A model generated the notes under the pieces. It did not search any database and was not told the origin of the DNA. It saw nothing but the letters and a program-made list of their open reading frames with translations. A stretch of DNA of 64,000 nt from an uncultured virus (IMG/VR IMGVR_UViG_3300027969_000088) (lineage: Duplodnaviria > Heunggongvirae > Uroviricota > Caudoviricetes). The translations under genes were made by a program, and so were the position numbers. Within the stretch, counting starts at the first letter, position 1. Each line of letters starts with the position of its first letter. Shown one piece after another: positions 50,726 through 57,593 of the stretch. Location: the IMG/VR virus record IMGVR_UViG_3300027969_000088; one strand, given 5' to 3'.

Positions 50726-51148
50726 ATGTCTAGGAAAAGAGATAGTAAATATGACGATGCCTACCAACTTTATTTAGATGGTATGTCATTACAGCAAGTT
50801 GCTAGTTCTATTAGTGTTACGAGACAATGTGTTTTCAAAGCATTTAAAAAAAGAAATTTTATTCTGAGAACTCCTAATTTTCAACCTCATCAGTATTTTG
50901 ATGGTCATAAATTTTCTCTTAGAAATCATGGTTATTACGAAAAAACTACCGGTAATAGAGAATTGATGCATCGTTATGTTTGGGAAAAACACAATGGTCC
51001 AATTCTTGAAAAACATGACATACATCACAAGAATCATGATAGAAGTGATAATAGAATTGAAAATTTAGAAATGCTTGGCCATAAAGAACACGCTAAAAAA
51101 TACGCAACAGGAAATAACCAATATACAAAGAAAAATGATTCACTTTAG
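50726..51148 (+). CDS. HNH homing endonuclease with N-terminal HTH
   Basis: MHRYVWEKHNG...IHHKNHDRSDNRIENLEML; TATCTTTG 4 nt upstream. Confidence 0.88.
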   Translation: MSRKRDSKYDDAYQLYLDGMSLQQVASSISVTRQCVFKAFKKRNFILRTPNFQPHQYFDGHKFSLRNHGYYEKTTGNRELMHRYVWEKHNGPILEKHDIHHKNHDRSDNRIENLEMLGHKEHAKKYATGNNQYTKKNDSL

Positions 51149-52202
51149 TTTATTTTCTGGCATAGGAGGATTTGATCTTGCTTCTGAGTGGATGGGATGG
51201 AAAAACTATTTAAGTTGTGACATCAATCCATTTAGTAAAAAAATCTGTGAATTCTATTGGCCAGAGGCTTATCATCATGATAATATTAAAACATTAAATT
51301 ATGAAACAATTAACATTGAACTTTCAAGGAGATTCGGAAGCCACTGGAGAAATGAGGACATTATCCTCACCGGTGGCTTCCCGTGACCATGTCAACCCTT
51401 CAGTACCGCTGGAAAAAGGATGGGAAAAGAAGATGATCGCCATCTTTGGCCCTATATGCTCCAAGCAATCAAAGACATTAGACCAAGATATGTCGTGGGG
51501 GAAAATGTTCGTGGACTCCTTAGTTGGTCGGACGGATTGGTTCTCGAAGAGGTCTACGCTGATTTGGAAGGTGAGGGATACGAAATCCAAACGTTTGTAC
51601 TTCCAGCTGTCGGCATCAATGCACCACACAAACGGGACAGGGTCTGGATTATTGCTAAAAACACCAGCAGCGATGGACGGGTACAGCGAGAACTTAACGA
51701 AGAAGGAACAAGTATTCGGAAATTCGGGGACACTGGCTCAAGAAGTAGCAACGGGGTTCATATACAAGAGGGGGATGATACCAACACCAATAGCCGGGGA
51801 TTGGAAGGGTCAATTGAGATCGGACGGAACAGCGAATATGTTGAGCGGAAAAGCGACATTGGGATTACTGCCGACACCGAACAGTTACGATTGGAACACA
51901 GCAGCGAAGCCTGGGACGTATTTGGCTCGATCACAGAGGCACAAGGACAAGAACGTAAATCTCCAAATGAGTCTAAGACAGATGACAATGTTTATACCGA
52001 ACAAGGTGGACCATCCGAAGCTTGGGACTGCTTCCCAATTAAATCCCCACTTTGTAGCGGAGATGATGGGCTTCCCAACGAATTGGACGGACTTACCTTT
52101 CCTAAGTGGAGAAAAGAAAGTATAATGGGATATGGCAACGCCATTGTTCCTCAGATTGCTTACCGTATATTTGCAACCATAAATGAACTCGAAAATAGAT
52201 AA
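51135..52202 (+). CDS. C5-cytosine DNA methyltransferase, alpha chain, with in-frame TGA at 51384-51386
   Basis: Motif I FSGIGG; GGFP*PCQPFS; ENV; HKRDRVW; motif X GYGNAIVPQ; all in one frame. Confidence 0.85.
51301..52125 (+). CDS. overlapping alternate-frame beta chain of the C5 methyltransferase (TRD + motif IX)
   Basis: 274-aa nested ORF with PTP..DW repeats and LNPHFVAEMMGFPTNWT (motif IX), which the alpha frame lacks. Confidence 0.75.
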   Translation: MKQLTLNFQGDSEATGEMRTLSSPVASRDHVNPSVPLEKGWEKKMIAIFGPICSKQSKTLDQDMSWGKMFVDSLVGRTDWFSKRSTLIWKVRDTKSKRLYFQLSASMHHTNGTGSGLLLKTPAAMDGYSENLTKKEQVFGNSGTLAQEVATGFIYKRGMIPTPIAGDWKGQLRSDGTANMLSGKATLGLLPTPNSYDWNTAAKPGTYLARSQRHKDKNVNLQMSLRQMTMFIPNKVDHPKLGTASQLNPHFVAEMMGFPTNWTDLPFLSGEKKV

Positions 52203-52494
52203 GAAGCAGTATCTCAGATACATGAAGACATTTGTCTGGGCTATTAAGAAAGATACTGTTTCTTTGGCCGATGCAGCTGAGAAGAGAGTAATGATTAACT
52301 ATCCAGTGGATGCAACTACGGTAGAAGATGCCATTAACTTTGTAGAAACGGGTGAGGGCCTCAGAGATACCAATGTCTCCACCACAGACCTATATGCTAT
52401 GATGGAAGCAATGAAACATTTACAAATTAAGGAAGAACCTAAAGTAGAAGAAAAACCAAAAAGAAAAAGAATTAAGAAAAATGACAGCAAATAA
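52183..52494 (+). CDS. hypothetical protein
   Basis: 103-aa ORF within the operon. Confidence 0.7.
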   Translation: MNSKIDKKQYLRYMKTFVWAIKKDTVSLADAAEKRVMINYPVDATTVEDAINFVETGEGLRDTNVSTTDLYAMMEAMKHLQIKEEPKVEEKPKRKRIKKNDSK

Positions 52495-52822
52495 ATTTAT
52501 TGGGTTACTATTACATAGTAGAGATGCGATGCATTTAGCCCATTGGAACACAAAATCTTTTTCAGAGCATGATGCATTGAATAAGTACTACGATGGTATA
52601 CTTGAATTAACAGACGAGTTTACTGAAGTATTGTTTGGTCAAAAAGGACGTTTAGATATTTCTGTACCAGAAGTAGAAATAGAAGAACCTGTAGAGCACC
52701 TTACAGACTTTAGAGATATTGTTGAAAATGAAAGAGATAATTATTCTACTAATCTTCAGAATACTCTAGACGAAGTACTTTCTTTAATTGACCAAACACT
52801 ATACAGACTAACACTTAAATAA
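52481..52822 (+). CDS. ferritin/Dps-like four-helix protein (DUF5856-like)
   Basis: HLAHWNTKSFSEHDAL..YYD...DEFTE...LQNTLDE..LIDQTLYRL. Confidence 0.85.
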   Translation: MTANKFIGLLLHSRDAMHLAHWNTKSFSEHDALNKYYDGILELTDEFTEVLFGQKGRLDISVPEVEIEEPVEHLTDFRDIVENERDNYSTNLQNTLDEVLSLIDQTLYRLTLK

Positions 52823-52823
52823 T

Positions 52824-53117
52824 ATGGAAAGTAATTATAAAGTAAGGGGTCTCAGAGTTCTATTAACTCCACCCCTAATTGTAAAATCTGCTATACAACT
52901 AGATGCAAAACTAGAGGAGCAGATAATGGATGAGCAAATGAAAAAATGGGGCTCACTAGAAGTATTTGCTGTAGGTGATGAAGTAAATGATATTTCAGCA
53001 GGGGATAGAGTTTATGTCAATCCTATGTTCTTAAGAAATTCTGAACACGTGTTAATTGATGGGGAGGATAAGATAATTGTTCGTGCTCCGGATATTGCTG
53101 TGATTTGGTATAAATAA
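52824..53117 (+). CDS. GroES-like co-chaperonin
   Basis: VRGLRVLL...VFAVGDEVNDISAGDRV...IIVRAPDI. Confidence 0.75.
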   Translation: MESNYKVRGLRVLLTPPLIVKSAIQLDAKLEEQIMDEQMKKWGSLEVFAVGDEVNDISAGDRVYVNPMFLRNSEHVLIDGEDKIIVRAPDIAVIWYK

Positions 53118-53249
53118 TTAAAAGAAATTAGCCCCGTTGGCCAGGGGATCGTAAAATACAGATCGGCATTTTAACAATGCCCAAGACATCTGTTCTCATC
53201 GTATAGGAGATAGGGTTAGCCTTCCCGACATCGTCTAAAAAGGCAAACA

Positions 53250-53326
53250 TAGTCAGGTGGATTAATATGGTAAATCATTCAATGGGAAACTGTTGAAAGA
53301 TACAGGTTCGAATCCTGTCCGACTAC
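53250..53326 (+). ncRNA. tRNA-like RNA 1, anticodon arm replaced by a GAAA-tetraloop hairpin
   Basis: Acceptor TAGTC../..GACTA; D arm GATT-AATATGGTA-AATC; TTCAATGG-GAAA-CTGTTGAA; T arm ACAGG-TTCGAAT-CCTGT. Confidence 0.75.
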
Positions 53327-53394
53327 ACCGGTAATGGGAAGGAAGCCCACGTTAAACTAAACCGTTGGAGGCTGTCGAGCCTTATGGATCGGTG
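53326..53394 (+). ncRNA. structured RNA unit between tRNA-like elements
   Basis: Closing stem CACCGGT/ATCGGTG with inner hairpins TGGG..CCCA and GAGGCT-GTCG-AGCCTT. Confidence 0.45.
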
Positions 53395-53470
53395 TACCTA
53401 GATGTAAAATTGGTGCTATTGGTCTCTGAAGAATAGGGAACACGGGTAACTGCAAGATAAGTTACAAAAT

Positions 53471-53545
53471 AGGTGCATTGATCGTTTAGCGGTTAAGACA
53501 TATCGTAAGATAAGACGCAGGTTCGAATCCTGGGTAGGTGCACCT
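53471..53545 (+). ncRNA. tRNA-like RNA 2, anticodon arm replaced by a GTAA-tetraloop hairpin
   Basis: AGGTGCATT/GGTGCACCT; D arm GTTT-AGCGGTTA-AGAC; TATC-GTAA-GATA; CAGG-TTCGAAT-CCTG. Confidence 0.75.
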
Positions 53546-53549
53546 TAAA

Positions 53550-53677
53550 TCGGAGAGTGGCGGAAGGTTAGGGGTAACCCTGACGTGTTAGACGCTGCTA
53601 GCTAAATATAGCAATTTGGGATTAGCCCTCTAACCATAGAGTGCCCAAAATACAGGTTAGAGTCCTGTCTCTCTGAC
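53550..53677 (+). ncRNA. expanded tRNA-like RNA 3 (Leu-type scaffold with insertions)
   Basis: TCGGAGAG/CTCTCTGA; TGGCGGAA...AGACGC D arm holding a GTTAGGG-GTAA-CCCTGAC insert; TGCTA-(8 nt)-TAGCA; long variable arm; ACAGG-TTAGAGT-CCTGT. Confidence 0.7.
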
Positions 53678-53760
53678 AAACAACAAAGGGGCATCAATGT
53701 CCCTCTGTATACATAATATCAGTTCAAACCTGACAAATAAACTATGAAAGCAATATTAGA

Positions 53761-54384
53761 ATGATTGGAATTTATAAAATAGTATCTCCAATAGGTAGAG
53801 TATATGTAGGACAATCTACAAATATAGAAAAAAGATGGAATCACTATAGATCACTAGACTGTAAGGACCAACAAAAAATATATAATTCTTTTGTTAAGTA
53901 CGGGGTTTGTAGTCATATTTTTTTAATAATTGAAGAGTGTGATGTTAGCGATTTGAACGAAAGAGAAAGATATTGGCAAGAATATTACGATGTTGTAAAA
54001 AAAGGATTAAATTGCAAAATGGTTTTTACAAATGAAAAATCTGGTTTTTTATGCGAAGAAACAAAGAAAAAAATAAGCAAAGCAAATAAAGGAAGATCTA
54101 ATAGAAAGAATTATAACCATTCAGAAGAAACAAAGAGAAAAATAAGTGAAGCCAATAAAGGAAAAAAAGCAACTGGTTTTTTAGGAAATCACTCAGAAGA
54201 AACAAAAAGAAAAATAAGTGAAGCCAATAAAGGAAGAATTGTTTCTGACGAACACAAATTAAAATTATCATTAGCAGCTATTGGAAGGCCAAGCAAGTTA
54301 AAAGGTAGAATTTTTACAGAAGAAGAAAGAAAAACAATGTATTCAACAAGGAAAAAAATAAAAAATATATGCAAGCTCAATTAA
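53761..54384 (+). CDS. GIY-YIG homing endonuclease with NUMOD3 repeats
   Basis: MIGIYKI...VYVGQS...R...ERE; repeated HSEETKRKISEANKG. Confidence 0.92.
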   Translation: MIGIYKIVSPIGRVYVGQSTNIEKRWNHYRSLDCKDQQKIYNSFVKYGVCSHIFLIIEECDVSDLNERERYWQEYYDVVKKGLNCKMVFTNEKSGFLCEETKKKISKANKGRSNRKNYNHSEETKRKISEANKGKKATGFLGNHSEETKRKISEANKGRIVSDEHKLKLSLAAIGRPSKLKGRIFTEEERKTMYSTRKKIKNICKLN

Positions 54385-54593
54385 CCTTCAATCTTCCAGA
54401 AGACCACACAGATTTTGAAGATGCTGTCAATGGACAGAGATGGTCTTTAGCAATGTGGGAACTAGATCAACACCTTCGGTCTCAGACTAAACATCCTCCA
54501 GAAGGAATGTCAGATGATACATGGAAGGCATTAGATGATACTAGAGAGAAACTATATGAGATACTAAATGAAAACGCCCTTAAGCTCAGATAG
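54369..54593 (+). CDS. small phage protein (xxAxLxFNLPED family)
   Basis: FNLPEDHTDFEDAVNGQRW...ELDQHLRS. Confidence 0.75.
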   Translation: MQAQLTFNLPEDHTDFEDAVNGQRWSLAMWELDQHLRSQTKHPPEGMSDDTWKALDDTREKLYEILNENALKLR

Positions 54594-54654
54594 AGCAAAC
54601 AAAAGACACTAAAGTAAACCTATAGGCTTATGTTTGATTTTTGTGATTTTTTCA

Positions 54655-55130
54655 CAATAAAGTGCATTATAAGGAACAAAACAATACATTTAAGGAACTT
54701 TTATGACACATTAAGGAAGATTAGTGCTTTTTAAGGCACTTTTCTTTGTTCACGAAATCGTGTACATAAATGAATAGTGAACAATAAGGTCTCAGACTTA
54801 TATTGAGTATTTATAAGGTAATGACCTAATATCTGGTATTGCGATATGCGATATTATATCTCCTAGGGTATATATAAAAAGCCTTGACATAAAAATATCT
54901 CATATTGCGATATTATACCTTTTAGGGTATAGATAATTTACTCCAGTATGTTTTTATTACCGATAGGGTATAATTGTGCAATATATCATACATTAACTCG
55001 GTTTTTTACCGATAAGGAGTAATATATCATACGTACGATGATTACGTACACTTCGTAACGAACTATTCGTAATGATAAAAAAGTTTAGTTTTACTTTAGT
55101 CGGTCTCGAAATTTACCGAGGTGAGACCAA
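54655..55130. repeat. array of diverse short palindromic operator-like sites
   Basis: TAAGGAAC/TAAGGCAC family, GTTCACGA-AA-TCGTGTAC, ATATC..TATTGCGATAT, ..AGGGTATA, TTACCGATA.GG, TACGTAC, GGTCTC..GAGACC. Confidence 0.7.
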
Positions 55131-55447
55131 AAAATTTTTAGTGGGGGTTACAAAACTTTACAAATAAATACACGGGGGTTAAAAACAAGCCCCCCCCTTC
55201 TGTTAAAACTTGTGCGAGGTGTGAAGGTGATACGTTCCGAAAAGTCAGGTTGCCACCCAAAAAAAATATCCCCCCCTTTTTCCCTATCTCGAAGCAAATA
55301 ACTGATTGATTATCAATAACTTAACAGCCTAAATTGAATTAATTTGAACACAAAAAACGTATTCGCACTACTTAACTGATTGATATGCAATGAATTAAAA
55401 TGTTCACACTCGTTCGATTGTGTACACTATCAATAAGTTAACTGCTC

Positions 55448-55852
55448 TATTTAGAATTATTCTAAACAAAGCTCTTGCGTACACACGCACACACACACGC
55501 CTACACGTGCGCACATACACGCACCCTGGCGCACACACACGCACGTTATAGGGATTTTTTACCACTTCAGCAAATTTATTTGCTATTTATAATTATTCTA
55601 AATTACTTTGAATATTTTTTTATTTGAATTTTTTTGCCTATGCGCATACACACGCACTCGCTGGTGCACACACGTACGCACGTTAACGGTTATTTTACTC
55701 ACAATTGCAAATTTATTTTTTGCTATTTGATATCGATTATTTATTTTATTTGTTTAAACGAACAAAAATATTTTTAAAATTTATTTAATTGATTATCAAT
55801 AACTTATAATTTATTTTACATTTTTTTTTAAATTCATAATGATTCTAAATAA
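55448..55852. promoter_or_regulatory. three Fur/PerR-type 7-1-7 boxes
   Basis: TTAGAAT-T-ATTCTAA, TTATAAT-T-ATTCTAA and TCATAAT-G-ATTCTAA within 55448-55469, 55584-55605 and 55831-55852. Confidence 0.55.
55476..55730. repeat. two imperfect direct repeats with alternating purine-pyrimidine (CA/CG) tracts
   Basis: GCGTACACACGCACACACACACGC...GCACGTTA and GCGCATACACACGCAC...GCACGTTA, each followed by GCAAATTTATTT..GCTATTT. Confidence 0.75.
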
Positions 55853-56028
55853 CATAATTATTTTATTGATTATCAGTAACTTACATTTTACATTTTTTTG
55901 CTAACTCATTGATAATCAACTATGTTTACCTATCGTTTCAAAAAATTGCCTTGTAACTCATTGACTATCAATACCCTTTTGTTATAACTAATTGTTTATC
56001 AGTAACTTACGATTAAATTTTTGTGTTG

Positions 56029-56036
56029 TATGTTTG
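56029..56036 (+). promoter_or_regulatory. Bacteroidota -7 promoter element (early promoter)
   Basis: TATGTTTG matches TAnnTTTG. Confidence 0.6.
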
Positions 56037-56040
56037 CATC

Positions 56041-56497
56041 GTTGGTTTAACACACTAACAACTTCAAATCACGTTTGCATAAAGTGTTTACACTACACAA
56101 CGTGAGATTTATAAAAGCAGTAATAAAAACTGTTTTTTGTGAGATGTGGACTCAAAGAAAAAATACCATTGGTGACGTAAAATCTATGTGCAAACGTAGT
56201 CCTACCTAAGTGGACGGGCATCCCTCTTGTGACCAAGTCAAAAATGAGGGTGTATAATCGTGTAGCGTCCGAGTAATCGGGGAACGCCCGTGTTATATGC
56301 TTTCTTGAGGGGACTATAAGAAAACAGAGAGAAAACTGTTTTTGTGTAAGTGGCGTATAACTACGTCCTATTAGTCTATGATGGTTCAACCACTTCAATG
56401 TGAGAAACCTAAAAAATAATGTGCCGTAAAAACTACCTTGTTATACATAAAGTTTGACATTGTATGTAGGTAACCTCGTGAGGTTAACAAGGTAGCA
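56041..56497 (+). ncRNA. candidate large structured RNA / long 5' leader
   Basis: Long-range stems ACGTTTGCATA/TGTGCAAACGT, ACGGGC/GCCCGT, GTTATATGC/GCGTATAAC and CTACCTTGTTA/TAACAAGGTAG; GNRA loop CCGA-GTAA-TCGG; no + strand ORF. Confidence 0.65.
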
Positions 56498-56510
56498 AAC
56501 TTTTAAACAT

Positions 56511-56900
56511 ATGAAAAACACACAAATCAAAATCGAAAACAACGGGACGTTCATCAAGTTTGACCTTGACACTAACAACACTAAAGACAACAACAAAGTA
56601 AGGCGAGCTTTAGTGTATCGTTTCTTTGACTATTACAACACTATGCGAGTACTGGGGGCAAAAGGTTTCAAGGGGAACGAGCCTTTTGTAGTCACTATTT
56701 TAATTGACGGGCAGTTACAATTTACGTCTGCAAATTTAACGACTCAAGTACAAACAAGGCTTAAGTTAATTAATAACCCAAAAGGTAGGGAACGTTTCGA
56801 CTTCGCATTGGATACTATTATCGCAATGGCACAACGTTTCGAGAGTACAAATGTTGATGCAATTATCAAAGATGTTGCGACTCGTTTGTTAGAAGCATAA
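56511..56900 (+). CDS. first early gene, hypothetical
   Basis: 129-aa ATG ORF followed by a terminator. Confidence 0.8.
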   Translation: MKNTQIKIENNGTFIKFDLDTNNTKDNNKVRRALVYRFFDYYNTMRVLGAKGFKGNEPFVVTILIDGQLQFTSANLTTQVQTRLKLINNPKGRERFDFALDTIIAMAQRFESTNVDAIIKDVATRLLEA

Positions 56901-56920
56901 TTTATCCTTACTATCTATTC

Positions 56921-56952
56921 ACCCCTATGGTAATTATCATAGGGGTTTTTTT
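56921..56952 (+). terminator. intrinsic terminator
   Basis: ACCCCTATG-GTAATTAT-CATAGGGGT followed by a T run. Confidence 0.85.
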
Positions 56953-57023
56953 ATGTCTATAAATATGGACAGTCAAAAACAATCATCAACACTCACCAGG
57001 CTTAGTCTGTATTAGCAAGTCTA

Positions 57024-57075
57024 TGTAAATTCACAAATCGGTGTGCCGTACGTTCGAGTCGTACATTTACAGCCA
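57024..57075 (+). ncRNA. minimal tRNA mimic (acceptor stem + T arm + GCCA end)
   Basis: TGTAAAT/ATTTACA 7-bp stem; GTACG-TTCGAGT-CGTAC; ends G-CCA. Confidence 0.65.
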
Positions 57076-57099
57076 AAACAAAAATCTAAACATACAATT

Positions 57100-57285
57100 A
57101 TGAGTCTAAAAAATCAAAGTCTAATTATGACCTTTTTAGGTCTTGCACTATCAGTCTTATTGATAGCCGTGTCTTATCACTTTTCCTTACCAAATTGGGT
57201 AGAATACTTAGGGGCATTTTGCTTTTTTGTATTTGTAGTCGTGCTGTGTTTTGAAATGTATATCGATGATACTTATAAAAAATAA
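57100..57285 (+). CDS. small two-TM membrane protein
   Basis: ATG at 57100, two hydrophobic segments. Confidence 0.6.
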   Translation: MSLKNQSLIMTFLGLALSVLLIAVSYHFSLPNWVEYLGAFCFFVFVVVLCFEMYIDDTYKK

Positions 57286-57289
57286 AACT

Positions 57290-57586
57290 ATGAAACAAAT
57301 CACACAACAAGCAGTCGGAGCTTTTATGAATGCACAACCATTCAAAAGAGACAACACACAAGTAAAAGTATTACCAAACGTAACAATCTTGTCACTATTC
57401 GGTAATGATATTGCTTACCTATACAACGATCCAGAACGCACTTTAAGTATCACCAATTGTGGTTGGTTCTCCAAGACAACAAAAGAACGTCTTAATGGTA
57501 TACCGAATGTAAACATCTCTCAAAAGAAAGGCGAGTGGTATTTAAATGGTGTACTATGGAATGGTGGAGTAACTGATATAAAATAA
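57290..57586 (+). CDS. early hypothetical protein
   Basis: LFGNDIA...GWFSKTTKERLNG...QKKGEWY, a common early phage family. Confidence 0.75.
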   Translation: MKQITQQAVGAFMNAQPFKRDNTQVKVLPNVTILSLFGNDIAYLYNDPERTLSITNCGWFSKTTKERLNGIPNVNISQKKGEWYLNGVLWNGGVTDIK

Positions 57587-57593
57587 AAAAACT

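Larger units (their letters stand above)
55299..56010. promoter_or_regulatory. cluster of IHF-like sites (WATCAA-N4-TTR, often back-to-back)
   Basis: TAACTGATTGATTATCAATAACTTA at 55299 and about 7 variants up to 56010. Confidence 0.65.

Noticed and set aside
51384..51386. Selenocysteine at the MTase TGA
   Set aside because: The catalytic Cys codon is still present two codons later, and no Sec machinery or clear SECIS is visible; cannot be fully excluded
500..52490. Many short antisense or nested ORFs in the six-frame track (e.g. 500-745, 21878-22225, 26619-27074, 48814-49110)
   Set aside because: Shadow ORFs opposite or inside well-supported genes, with no motifs of their own
53130..53470. 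Self-cleaving ribozymes (theta/HDV-like, pistol, hammerhead) next to the tRNA-like elements
   Set aside because: I could not build the required pseudoknots or catalytic cores by eye; needs an Infernal or RNArobo search
54600..56030. CRISPR array
   Set aside because: No constant repeat with regular unique spacers, and no cas genes
56093..56398. 101-aa minus-strand ORF
   Set aside because: Non-ATG start, antisense to the early promoter, no protein features; overlaps the structured RNA candidate
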